Shown piece after piece: positions 48,826-61,647 of a DNA stretch of 64,000 nucleotides. The DNA is from Somniosus microcephalus. Taxonomy: Eukaryota. Location of the stretch: positions 76,880,001-76,944,000 of the forward strand of contig CM126207.1 of assembly GCA_052327205.1 (NCBI GenBank). The letters run 5' to 3'. The notes below the pieces were generated by a model, which had not been told where the DNA came from, did no database searches, and saw only the letters and a list, made by a program, of their open reading frames with translations. The position numbers and the translations under genes are program-made. The stretch's first letter is position 1; each line of letters opens with the position of its first letter.

Positions 48826-49318
48826 AGTGCACCCCGGGGATCCGTGGGCCACGGTGCGCCCCTGGGATCCGTGGGCCACGGTGCGCCCCTGGGATCCGTG
48901 GGCCATGGTGCGCCCCAGGGATCCGTGGGCCATGGTGTGCCCCGGGGATCCGTGGGCCACGGTGCGCCCCTGGGATCCGTGGGCCACGTTGCACCCCTGG
49001 GATCCATGGGCCATGGTGCACCCCTGGGATCTGTGGGCCACGGTGCGCCCCTGGGATCTGTGGGCCATGGTGCGCCCCTGGGATCTGTAGGCCACGGTGC
49101 GCCCCGGGGATCTGTGGGCCATGGCGTTGTGCCCCTGGGATCCGTGGGCCACGGTGCGCCCCGGGGATCCGTGGGCCACGGCGTTGTGCCCCTGGGATCC
49201 GTGGGCTACGGTGCGCCCCGGGGATCCGTGGGCCTCGGTGCGCCCCTGGGATCTGTGGGCCACGGTGCGCCCCGGGGGTCCGTGGGCCACGGCGTTGTGC
49301 CCCGGGATCCGTGGGCCA
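48826..49318. repeat. 27-bp GC-rich minisatellite, about 18 units with 30-bp variants
   Basis: Unit GGGATCCGTGGGCCACGGTGCGCCCCT. Confidence 0.95.
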
Positions 49319-51312
49319 ATACGTTGCGCACAACTCGGCAGCATTTCAAAGCAAGTTTTTGTTTCGGGCTCTGCACCAGGTAAGTGCGGATTTCGTTCGG
49401 AGGTCGGCGGCGTGCTCCTTAGCTACGCCGCTGACCGCAATTTCCGGGCCATAATGTTGTATTTTTACCACTCTCACTTGTTCTGTTTCTCAGAAAAAAA
49501 ATTAAGAAACTTCCAGTGACACAAGGGATAGGGACAATGTTACTAAAAAATCATGCCACGATTCTTTTCTAACTTCCAGATGTTTATGGGAAAATGAACA
49601 AGCACACTACTTCAAATGAGAAATTATAAATGCTAAATTTATGAAAACAAGAAGTGAGTCACTTATTTTTATCTTCTGGCATGTTCTAATTTTGTTGACG
49701 TTACTCCAAAGAGGTCTTTGGAGAATTTATTTTAAATGCAGCTGTCATCATAAATGTGTTTTGTCAGTCAAGGTTAAAAGCTCATATATCTGATAGATCT
49801 TTAGGTATCTATAATTGCTGATTTTACCCACATGCCCACATGATTTAACATTTAACTATCAGATGTTGTATTTAGACAATAACTAACATGAAGATGTGTA
49901 TTTATCATGACTTTCAAGGCACCAGGGATGGCTTTGGGCCATCATACAATGGACCATGATGCACTAAAACTTAGATAAACATGCACCATTGAGTTCATTA
50001 TTCCCATTAAATAATTGTTGTGTATTTTGTGTTAGCAATTGTAAATGTATTTTCAGTTGCTTTCAGAGATTCTATTAACTTCACAGTCGTAGTTCTGATT
50101 ATGTGCTGAGAGCTGAGCAAAACTGTTTATTGGAGATTTAAAATGCTGCTCATGCAATCCTTACTCATAATCTAATTGATAGCACTGCAATTTTAACAGC
50201 TTTAAACTATGGCTGGAAATGGTATGTCTTCGCACAAAGTGGATAAATATGTAGTTTTCTACTTTATATTTAAACAAATGTTTTAGTGCACTACAATTTT
50301 TTCAAGTTGTTATATTTTTCATTAATTTCTAAATCAGACCTGACTCCATGCAATTTATCTCACCTGCGAAAAGCTGCTGTCAATTGAGATGGAGGCAACA
50401 ACACTAGATTAAGCTCTGTGAACTATTCAACTCAGTCTCCTTTTTACTGCATAAATTATTTTTGTCCCAATCACTAACCAATTTACCTGAAGTGCTGTGT
50501 TAATTCATTGATCAAGACAGTTATGAAATCCAAGTTGATCATATTTGAATAAATTATTTAGTCTTAAATTTGTGTATTGTAAACACAATTCTATTTTGCT
50601 TCATTTATTTATTGAATGTTAGAGATTAAAAATTAAGTAAAGATATTTTCTGCACAAAAATGATATAATATAAACGCATGTTACAAATAGGCAGTTTTGC
50701 TGCAGTCCTTGTAAAAATAAAGGCCAGATGGATTGCATTGTTGAGGGTTTGAAGCAAGGTATGCTCTGTTCCTCCGATAAAATTAGTTTGGTGATGTAAA
50801 TGCAAATTAATTCAAGGTAACTCGTCCAATTTCTTATCCTAACCCAGATTATCCATTGTATTTGTCTGATAATCTATAAATGGCATCAAACTATGCAGAT
50901 GAAAATATAGCTCAGCATCTATAGGGTATTGTGCTTGTTTGTTGCAAGAAGCTATTTGTAGTTTGAAGTGTATATTGTTTATATTTCTGAATGTGATCTC
51001 ATCAAGTTTTACCTGATCACTCAACTTCATTGTTGATTGCATTTCTGGACGAAATCTCACCAGGTTTAGCTGTGATGCCGAATTCAAAGGAAATTATGTG
51101 CATAACAGTAGCAATTCATCCATGAATTTGGGATTCGATGAGAAGGAAAGTGTCAGTTATGTCAGGTTTGCATACCTCATATCCAAGGACACTGAGACTG
51201 CAAGGAATAAGAAAGGATAATATCAAGCAGCATTTGTCTATCCACAGACGATGTTGTTTTTAAAAGAATTTCTCAGTTGTTTAATGTAATTAAAGTTTAA
51301 GGACGAGTATTC

Positions 51313-52455
51313 CAGAGGCCTGGACTAATGATCCAGAGATGTGAGTTCAAATCCCACCACGGCAGCTGGGGAATTTAAATTTAGTTAATTAAATAAATCT
51401 GGAATAAAAAGCTAGTATCAGTAATGGTGACCATGAAACTATTGGATTGTCATAAAAACCCATCTGGTTCACAAATGTCCTTTAGGGAAGGAAATCTGCC
51501 GTCCTTACCTGGTCTGGCCTATATGTGACTCCAGACCCACAGCAATGCGGTTGACTCTTAACTGCCCTCTGAAATGACCTAGCAAGCCACTCAGTTGTAA
51601 CAAACAGCTATGAGAAACAATAATAATAAATAAACTGGACAGACAACCCGGCATCGACCTCAGCACTGGCTACGGACACAACAACGGCACACCCAGCCCA
51701 GTTGACACTGCAAAGTCCACCTCACTAACATCTGGGGACTTGAGCCAAAATTGGGAGAGCTGTCCCACAGACTAGTCAAGCAACAGCCTGACATCGTCAT
51801 ATTCACAGAATCATATCTTTCAGCCAATGTCCCAGACTCCTCCATCACCATCCCTGGGTATGTCCTGTCCCACCGGCAGGATAGACCCAACAGGGGTGGC
51901 AGCACAGTGGTATACAGTCAGGAGAGAGTGGCCCTGGGAGTCCTCAAAATTGAATGTCCATCACCAAGAGTGGCTCAGTAGCACCACTACTGACTGAGCT
52001 GGCCAAGTCCTGAAGGATACAGCTGCCAGATGGGGTCTCTGGCAGGTGATGAGAGAACCAACATGAAGGGAAAACCTACTTGACCTCGTCCTCACCAATC
52101 CACCTGTCGCAGATGCATCTGTCCATGACTGCATTGGTAGCAGTGACCACCACACAGCCCATGTGGAGACGAAGTCCCGTCTTCATATTAGATTCAGAAC
52201 AGATCTAGCAGCTCAACCCTGGGCATCCATGAGGCGCTATGGGCCATCAGCAGCGGCAGAATTGTATTCCACCACAATCTGTAACCTCATGGTCCAGCAT
52301 ATCCCTCATTCCACCATTACCATCAAGCCAGGAGACCAACCTTGGTTCAATGAGGAATGCAGAAGAGCATGCCAGGAGCAGCACCAGGCTTACCTAAAAA
52401 TGAGGTGCCAGCACAGGACTACGTGCATGCTAAACAGCAGAAGCAGCATGCTATA
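51313..52455 (+). mobile_element. Second copy of the SINE-headed APE LINE, internally deleted
   Basis: Colinear with 42013-43900 from AGAGGCCTGGA onward. Confidence 0.78.
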
Positions 52456-54130
52456 AGAACATGATAAGAATATAAGAACATAAGAAATAGGAGCAGGAGT
52501 AGGCCATTTGGCCCTTTGAGCCTGCTCCGCCATTCTATAAGATCATGGCTGATCTTCTACCTCATCTCCACTTTCCTGAACTATCCCCATATCCCTTGAT
52601 TCCCTTAATATACAAAAATCTATCAATCTCTGTCTTGAATATACTCAACGACTGAGCCTCTACAGCCCTCTGGGGTAGAGAATTCCAAAGATTCACCACC
52701 CTCTGAGTGAAGAGATTTCTCCTCATCTCCATCCTAAATGGCCGACCCCTTATTCTGAGACTGTGATTCCTGGTTCTAGACTCCCCAGCCAGGGGAAACA
52801 TCCTCCCTGCATCTACCCTGTCAAGACCTGTAAGAATTTTGTATGTTTCAATGAGATCACCTTTCATTCTTCTAAACTCTGGAGAATATGGCCTAGAAAT
52901 TGGCCTGAGGCGCCCAAGCGGCGCAAAGTTCGCCTGGGCACTGGAATTTGCGCTGCGATTGCCGCATTAGCGATCACCGCAAATTCAGTTGAAGTGCCCC
53001 TAGAGGGAGATGGGGCGCGGCTCGAGGTGCTCCGCGTCCCTCTTAGGGCGCTAAAAGTGAATTTTACAGTGCTACATGCCGCAGCGCCACACGCTGCGGC
53101 ACGGCACGCTGTGGTACTGCAGGCCTTCCTCCCACTGTTAAGGGGGAGGGGCCTGCAACAGCGCGAGCCCCAATCGCGAGTGCCGGCAAAAGAGCCCAGC
53201 ACCAAGGAGAAGTGCCGGGCTCTCGGGAAACAGCCGGCAATGCCGCGGGGGGGGCGGGAGCAGGAGGCCGGGGACGGAGGTGCTGGCAGGCGGCCGCCAA
53301 AAAAGCGGCCGCCCCGCACCTCCACCTTAACTTGCGCCTCTGCCAGCGCAGCAAGGCCCCGTGAACCGGGCGCAGGTAGCGAACGGCGCTACAGTGGCGT
53401 TCGCTACCAAATATCGCGATCGGGGCGCGAATGGGGTGCTGCGCACACCGATGACGTCATCGGTGGCGGCGCAGCGCAAAAGGCTAACGCCACCATTAGC
53501 GCCCCTGCTGAATATCGCGGGAGGCGGAGCCAGTGGCGCTACAGCCACTGACTGCCTCTTTAGGCGCTAACAGGTGGTGCTTCTCACCCAATTTCTCCCC
53601 CTATAGGCCTAGTCTACTCAATCTGTCCTCATAGGACAATACCCCCTTGAAGCCTCCTTGCATCCTCCTCACAACTTACATTCCCACCCAGCTTTGTATC
53701 ATCAGCAAACTTGGATATATTACATTTGGCCCCCTCATCCAAATCATTGATGTAGATTGTGAATAGCTGAGGCCCCAGCACTGATCCTTGCAGTACACCA
53801 CTAGTTTCAGCCTGCCAACCCAAAAATGACCCGTTTATTTCTACTGTCTGTTTTCTGTCCATTAACCAATCCTTAATCCATGCTAGTATATTACCCCCAA
53901 TCCCATGAGCCCTAATTGTGTTTAATAACCTCTTGTGTGGCATCTTATCGAATGCCTTCTGAAAATCCAAATACACCACATCCACTGGTTCCCCTTATCT
54001 ATTCTGCTAGTTACAACCTCAAAAAACTCCAGCAGATTTGCCAAACATGATTTCCCTTTCATAAATCCGTGTTGACTCTGCCCAATCCTATTATTATTTT
54101 CTAAGTGCCTTGTTACCACATCCTTAATAC
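52456..54130 (-). mobile_element. CR1 LINE fragment(s) with MITE insertion
   Basis: (ACATAAGA)n tail, ORFs 52562-52867 and 53629-53985. Confidence 0.88.
52890..53601. mobile_element. GC-rich Harbinger-type MITE related to 22142-22839
   Basis: GGCCTAGAAATTGG / CCAATTTCTCCCCC termini, TSD TAT. Confidence 0.8.
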
Positions 54131-55095
54131 GATAGCAAAATACTGCAGATGCTGGAAATCCGAAATAAAAACAGAAAATGCTGGAAAATCTCAGCAGGCC
54201 AGGCAACATCCGTGGAGAGAAAATAGAGTCAACGTTTCAGGTGAAAACCCCTTTGTCAAGACTAAAGAAGCACAGGAAATGAAATGGATTAAGAGGCCAG
54301 GCTGGGAGAGAACAAAAGAGAAGAAGATTCATTAAGAGGTATTCAAAACGAGACAAGATGGTGATAGGACTAGTGGAGACAAAAGATGGCTCTAGATTAG
54401 GTGTGAAATGCGCTGGCAGAATGGGAGACAGCTGCCATGTGGGAGAGAGAAAAAAAAAGAAAGGGGGGGAGGCCAAAACAAAGGTGTGGATAAAAAATAT
54501 AAATAAAAATGTAATGGGGGCCGAGGTTATGATCTGAAATTGTTGAACTCGATATTGAGTCCGGAAGGCTGTAAAGTGCCTAATCAGAAGATGAGGTGCT
54601 GTTCCTCGAGTTTACGGTGAGCTTCCGTGGTACAATGCAAGAGGCCAAGGACGGTGAGGTCCGAGTGGGAATGGGGCGGTGAATTAAAATGGCAGGCGAC
54701 CGGAAGCTCGGGGTCACCCTTACGGACTGAACGGAGGTGTTTCACAAAGCGGTCACCCAATCTGCGTTTGGTCTCCCCAATGTAGAGGAGACCACATCGT
54801 GAGCAGCGAACACAGTATACTAGATTGCAAGAAGTACAAGTAAATCGCTGTTTCACCTGGAAGGGGTGTTTGGGGCCCTGGACAGTGGGAAGGGGGGAGG
54901 TATAAGAGCAGGTGTTACATCTCCTGCACTTGCACGGGAAGGTGCCAGGTGAAGGGGAAGGGGTGCTGGGGGTGATAGTGGAGTGGACTAGGGTGTCTCG
55001 GAGGGAGCAGTCCCTACGGAATGCTGAAAGGGGAGGGGAGGGGAAGATGCGTTTGGTGGTGGGATCACTTTGGAGGTGGCGGAAATGGTGGGTGC
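54131..55095 (-). mobile_element. Penelope-like element, GIY-YIG endonuclease 3' part plus pLTR
   Basis: ORF 54584-55105: NLVYCVRCSRCGLLYIGETKRRLGDRF..H, VACHF, KLEEQHLIF. Confidence 0.9.
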
Positions 55096-55109
55096 AGCCG
55101 TGCACCTCT

Positions 55110-55392
55110 GTGCAGTGCTTGTCAGTATTTGCAGCACCTCAATGCTGTAGAACACTGACAGCACAACTGTCAAATAAATTTGCGCGTCGTCCCTTTAAGG
55201 AAACCGGGTGGTGACACACCAGCAAAAGACGTCATCAGACCCGCTTCCTTCAATTGGCCGGGAAACGCGCTGGGCGGGCTTAACAAGCCCAATCGGGGAA
55301 AATCATTTTGGACAGCAAGCTGGAGCCAGCATCGGGACCCGCCACCGACGTTGCCCCCCACAGATCCACTGAGGTAGGGGAAATCATGGCCG
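55110..55392. mobile_element. Harbinger terminal fragment
   Basis: GACGTCATCAGACCCGC..GGGCGGGCTTAACAAGCCC motif shared with the 28779 left end; ends AAATCATGGCC. Confidence 0.55.
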
Positions 55393-56719
55393 ATTCAACT
55401 GGAAAAGCAAACAGTATTTTGTAACATAGGGTTTAAAATTAAAATTAAATGTCCAATTGGCAATTTTCCTCTTTTACATAATAATAACAAGAAATATTTA
55501 GTCTCTTTCAACAATTGTTTGAAAGCAAATAAAATGCTTATCTGGTTTAGTCCACTCAGTGCATGCAGCCCTTTTTTACTAAACAATCATGTTTTTTAAA
55601 TTATTTCTTTTTATTTAAAAGTTACAAAATTGGATGAGATATAATACAGCTGCAAACTCCCAGAGGTTTTCTCTGCAAGAGGGTTCAGTGACTGGCATGA
55701 CAAGGGCATTACAAATCGAGGCAAGCTGCTCCACAAAGGTCATTCCTGTCCTTTCAGCAGCTAGTCAATGAATTATTTTCTTTTAATTGGCTTCAAAAAT
55801 GCAACTCAAAATTAGGGAAAGCGTAACAATTGGCTTTAATCATGTTTAACATTCTAACAAGTCATACTAAGAGGTATTTAGCAATATTTTAAGTGAAACA
55901 TAATAATCACATTCACGGGATTAAATCAAATATTCAGACCTGCGTAACAGAATACAGCAACTTCGCATAGTTGCATAGAGAGCTCATTTCTACCAAGGAA
56001 TATGGGCATATTTTACTCTTTAGTGCACGCTGCACTGAGCTTTTCATACCGGGAGTGTATATTGGGAATTCTGGCATGTATCTCCCACAATTTTTCATCC
56101 ATTCATTTTTTTACCTCATCATTAAATATTTCATCACTTTTCATGGAGTATTTTATGCCACCCCTTTTTTTCTTATGAGCAGGATTTGTCCATATTAAAT
56201 TTCATCCTCTCTTGTTCTGGTTTACAGTAACCTATGTATATTTTCCAGCCGATTTTGTATTTCCCAATCTGCCTTTCCAAAATCAACTGCTAATCTAACC
56301 AATTGAGTTTCTGAATTCAAGCAATTATTGTAAATTCAAAACAGAAGAGGACCAACATCAATCTCTCAGAACCCCACTCAGTACATTGCCCATCTAAGAT
56401 AACATCTCTAACAATTACCCACTGCTTTCTACTCCTCAACCAATTCCTTATCCATTCCCAACTTATGCCTGATCCTTACTGATTTGAGCTTTCTTGTAGC
56501 TTTTCATATAGAACTTCATCAGATCCTTTTTGGAAATCTAGATATAACATGTCACCGAGCTTTTGAGGAAGAGACTTCGGATGTCAGTTCCTCAAAAAGG
56601 TCACAAAGGCTGTTTAGGCAGCATCTTCCCTGACACCAAGCTGCTGAGAGAGAAAGAGTAAAATAGTTACAGAGGTAAGTAAAGCTGTATGAGTGGTAGA
56701 GGATGTGCATTGGCACCAG

Positions 56720-57200
56720 AGTCTTCACTTACCTTGGCTACCCTTGTGAGATCATTGAACCTCTTCCTGCATCGTGGGGTAGTTCCTGGGCTTGTGAAAG
56801 TTGCCTGACTGCCTCTGCCACTTCCCTCCAGAGATTCTGCACCTCAGTGCCCATCAGATGGTCCCTCCTAGTCCTCAGTTCTTTCACCAGCACCTGCATG
56901 GTGCATCAGGCAATCCTGGAACCCTTCTAGCTGTTGACACCCTTGAGGCTGCTATTTCTTTTGCCTGCATGCTGAGAAGTTATGCTATCCTTTAATTGAC
57001 TGCAACCTTTTAACCAGAACTGAATATTCCTCCCTCCCAGTGGCAGTAATCCAATGATGGGTAGTTTTCAGGTCTCTAAACCTACCTGCGTGGCTTATGA
57101 GTGTTCTGATATAAAATTGTAGCGAGTTGGCAGTGGTTTCAATAGGCAAGAGTTCAGACCACAGCAAACCCACCAACAGGAGGAGAGTTCAGGCCCAGAG
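56720..57200 (-). pseudogene. Degenerate Harbinger Myb exon 1
   Basis: Minus strand reads CRKRFNDLTRVAK followed by a GTAAG donor. Confidence 0.55.
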
Positions 57201-57913
57201 GTCACCATGAGTATTGACAGAGCATCTTCCGACAATAATACCAAAAAAAATACATTAGAAATTCCTTGAACATGCATACGTGGAGACTGTGAATCCTTCC
57301 TTCCTCTAAATCTTTATCTCCTGATCTTTGACCCAATTTTACTAAAATAATTTTTTCCCTGAAAGAGTTAAAGTAGGAATGTAAATGAGTATTTGGAATC
57401 ATAAGAGAATGGAAAATTAATTGCTGTTGACAAGTACCTCTGAATTTGTTTTGAACTTATTATTTTTTAACTTAATGCATAGTCTAATGATATTTGTTTG
57501 CACTCAATAGAGATCTTCCCTTATGTGAATCATTGTCTATTATATATTTTTCCCTATGGGCATTTTTATGTAAGGTAATAGGAATTTATTTCCATATGAA
57601 GAAATAGGATAATTTAATTGTATGAATAATTTTCTCTGATTATGACTTGGGAACAATAGATTAATGGGGTTGTTTTGAATTTTATTTCTTCTATGCCCAT
57701 TTACTTCTACAATTATTTTTTGTTTTAGTTGGTTCCGTAATTTGTTGTTCTCAGATGTTAGTGATATTTCAAGAGAGCAGAAAGAAAGGACATAGATTTC
57801 TAAGGCTTGGAAATGTTTGCCTTATATAAATGCATATCTCTGTATCCTTTTTGTGACATGCTTTTGAGATATACTTTACTGCTTAATTTCTCTCAAATGC
57901 ACCAAAAGTTAAT

Positions 57914-59738
57914 GGCCCATAATTTGCGCCCCCTACGGGTGCATATGAGGTGCATACACGCCTGTAAGGGCCGCGCAAGTTCCGGGTATTCGCGCGTGAA
58001 CTGTATGCACGAAAACCCAGAACTTGCAATCTGTCAAGAAACAACACATCCCCAGGAAACATAGAAACATAGAAGATAGGAGCAGGAGTAGGCCATTCAG
58101 CCCCTCGAACCTGCTCCACCATTTAATGAGATCATGGCTGATCATCCAAATTCAGTACCCTGTCCCTGCCTTCTCCCCATATCCCTTGATCCCTTTAGCC
58201 TTAAGAAATATATCTAACTCCTTCTTGAATATATTTAATGAATTGGCCTCAACTGCCTTCTGTGGTAGAGAATTCCACAGGTTCACCACTCTCTGGGTGA
58301 AGAAATTCCTCCTCATCTCAGTCCTAAATGGCTTACCCCTTATCCTTAGCCTGTGACCCCTGATTCTGGACTCTCCCGCCATCGGGAACACCCTTCCTGC
58401 ATCTAGCCTGTCTAGTCCTGTTAGAATTTTATAAGTTTCAATGAGATCCCCTCTCATTCTTCTAAACTCTAGCGAATATAAGCCTAATCAACCCAATCTC
58501 TCTTCATACGTCATTCCTGCCATCCCAGTTATCAGTCTGGTGAATCTTCGCTGCACTCCCTCCATGGAAAGAACATCCTTCCTCTGATAAGGCGACCAAA
58601 ACTGCACACAATACTCAAGGTGTGGTCTCACCAAGGCCTTGTACAACTGCAGCAAGGCATCCTTGCTCATGTACTCGAATACTCTTGCTATGAAGGCCAA
58701 CATACCATTTGCCTTCTTAACCGCCTGCTGCACCTGCATGCTTACCTTCAGCGACTGGTGCACAAGGACGCCCAGGTCTCGTTGCACTTCCCCTTCTCCC
58801 AATCTATTGTTGTTCAGGTAATAATCTGCCTTCCTGTTTTTGCCACCAAAGTGGATAACCTCGCATTTATCCACATTATGCTGTATCTGCCATGCATCTG
58901 CCCATTCACCCAACCTGTCCAAATCATACTGGAGTTTCTCTGCATCCTTCTCACAACACACATGCCCACCCAGCTTTGTGTCATCTGCAAACTTGGAGAT
59001 ATTACATCTAGTTCCCTTGTCTAGATCATTAATATATGTTGTGAATAGCTAGGGTCCTAACACCTAGGTTCCTGCCACTCGGAAAAAGACCCGTTTATTC
59101 CAATTCTTTGCTTCCTGTCTGCCAACCAGTTCAATATCCAAGTCAGCACCTTACCCCCAATCCCATGTGCTTTAACTTTGCACGCTAATCTCTTATGCGG
59201 GACCTTATCGAAGGGCATCCACGAGCAGAGAGTTGGGCTATTTGTCCAACTTCTGCCCAGCGAATGCCCATGAAATTCTTACATCTGCTTTAACCAGTGT
59301 AAGAGTTTAAAAAGACATAATAATAATTTTTTTGCAATCATTTATACATTAAAAAACCTGTACAATAATGTAAGCTTATTTTTAGCCCCTTTAAAACATT
59401 TAAAATTATTTTTCAAAAAAATAAATTTTTATTTTAAATATTTAATTAAATGGAATTTTAATTCATTTTAAATATGTAATAAAAATTATTTGATGTGTAG
59501 ATGTATTTTTTGGGGTATTCCCATTCATGCTTGTGGAGTTTCTGTACATATGAAATTCTCATAAGCATGAATAAGGATCCCCTTCTTTCATTCGTTGGGC
59601 TGGCCCACATGATCCTAGGGACGCTTGTGAAACGCGGGTACCCGGAGAGGCCCAGGACCGCGAATCTCTGTACCTCCCGGACCACCAAGTACGCGGGCAT
59701 TTTATTTGCGGGAAGCCTCCGACTGCAAATTCAAGGTC
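57914..59738. mobile_element. MITE related to 44366-45091, split by a CR1 insertion
   Basis: GGCCCATAATTTGC / GCAAATTCAAGGTC ends, AAT flanks; shared AT-rich core. Confidence 0.6.
58056..59212 (-). mobile_element. 5'-truncated CR1 LINE
   Basis: (GAAACATA)n tail; ORFs 58152-58457 and 58488-58961. Confidence 0.9.
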
Positions 59739-60328
59739 AATATTTTATTGCTTACACATGTAGCTATGTTTGTGGCAGTGATATGCATAATTATTCAGCA
59801 ACAATTAGTATTTCTATAGCATTCCTCCTGCAGAAAGATGTCTCAAAGTCCTTCACAGTGCAGAGCGCGCCAAGCAGAAGGCAGAAGGACAAGACAAAAA
59901 AAGTTGTGAGGTGTGCTGAAAACCCTATTGGCAAGAAAGTTTTTAAGGAGGCTATTTCAAGCATGGAGGGGATTGGCAAGGAGGAGTGATTCTGGGAAAT
60001 AGTTGAAAGAGCAGCCACTAACAGTGGAGTAGAGGCAGTAGGAAACAACAAGTAACCCAGTATCAAAAGAGTAGAGGTGTCATGCAGGGATGTCTGGCTG
60101 GAGAATTTCCCTGACATAGGGTGATGTGAAGCTATGGAGGCATTTAAAAGCAAGGACAAGGATCTTGATTCATTTCATTGAGATCCAGGGAAACAGTAGA
60201 ACATGGCAAGAACAGGATGATGTGAGTGCATGACTTGTGCGAGTGAGAACATGAGTTGGAATTTGTAAAAACGGAAAGGCCAGCTAGCAGCTTTAGAGAA
60301 GTCAAGCCTTCATGTGATAAAAGACGTA

Positions 60329-60834
60329 GGGCTAGAAATTTGGCTCTTTTGCGCCTGCCGTTAGCGCCTCTGGGGGGCGCTAACGGAGCGCAAATGGCTT
60401 ATTGCCCAGAGTGGGGTGGGGGCGAAAAAGGCGCCTCCCGAGAAATTTGGCGGGGTGTTGCTGAGGCACTACCCGATAGCGCCGCGCCCCTGCCATTAGC
60501 GCCCCAGGCTGCTGCGCCGCCACCGATGACATCATCGCTGTGCACCACGACCCCTTAGTGCCCCACCGCGTCCCCTTACGGCCCCGCGGCAGAAATTCAG
60601 GTGCACCCTGCGAGGCTGCCGTGGACGATGTCAGCGCCAGCCTCTCGGGTCACGAACTGGGCCGACCTCTCCTTGCGGGGTGGTATTTAATGTGGAGGTG
60701 TGGCCGCGACCCATGCCGCCATTTTCTTTTTTTGGCCAACCTCTAGGTCGGCCCTACGTAGTGGGCTGTGGCATGGTCCTGGCCGCCATCGCACAGCCCG
60801 GCACCGTGTCAGGGCGTAACCGAAATTCACGCCC
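60329..60834. mobile_element. GC-rich Harbinger-type MITE
   Basis: GGGCTAGAAATTTGG / CCGAAATTCACGCCC ends. Confidence 0.6.
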
Positions 60835-60864
60835 ATTGATTAGGGTTTTAGGTGCAGTTATAAT

Positions 60865-61155
60865 CATAGACTGATATAGCACAAAAGGAGGCCATTCAGC
60901 CCATCATGTCTGTGTCAGCTCTTTGGTAGGGCTGCCCAATTAGTTCCACTCCCCACTCCCCTGCTCTTTCCCCAAAGCCGTGTCAATTTTTTCCCTTCAA
61001 GTATTTATCTAATTCCCTTTTGAAAGTTAGTATTGAATCTGCTTCCCACCATTTCAAACAATGCATTCCAGATCACAACAACTCAGCGTAAAAATACATT
61101 TTCTCATGTAACCTTTTGTTAACAGTTTCTTATTTATTCTATCAAAACCTTTCAT
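60865..61155 (-). mobile_element. CR1 3' end remnant
   Basis: 3' UTR GGAGGCCATTCAGCCC and a WN.L-type C-terminal remnant. Confidence 0.65.
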
Positions 61156-61647
61156 GGGGGAGCGAATGTTAGAGAAGTGGGAAGAAAGCAGCCTTGGTAG
61201 TGAATTGGCGTGGAGAAAGATACTTAGCTTGGCTTCAAGCAGTATGTCAAGGCCCACATCTCCAGACTTAGTCCGAGGTTACATCAGGGTGGCTGATAGA
61301 TTCATGGTCATAAAGCACATGATTGCAGGTAGGGCCTGAAGGTGATAAATCTGGTTTTCCTGATATTAATCTCTTGCAGCTAAGTTTAACGGAGACAAAT
61401 AAGGCAATGAAGCTGGTAGATGTAGAGGAGGGTGAATTTAGATGAGGCTAAAATTGCTAAGGATGAGGAATTATTGGTGCAGAAACTGAAACGGCATAGA
61501 GAATTAAGTGAAGAGTGTGCCAAAAGCCTGTGATGATCAGTAGACAAGGAGGATATTGAAGGAGTGGTAGTGGGTGAGTATACAAAAATGGAGAAGGAAC
61601 CAGAGGAATAAGAGGATAGGTGAGCTTGGATCTGGAGACGAATACCA

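Noticed and set aside
48760-49519. Repetitive ORFs of 140-227 aa; possible CRISPR-like array
   Set aside because: Pure tandem repeat without unique spacers; the ORFs arise from a stop-free 27-bp unit in a eukaryotic context.
52763-53570. Long GC-rich ORFs in MITEs (also 22261-22851 and 46207-46860)
   Set aside because: Stop-poor GC-rich non-coding MITE sequence with no domain similarity.
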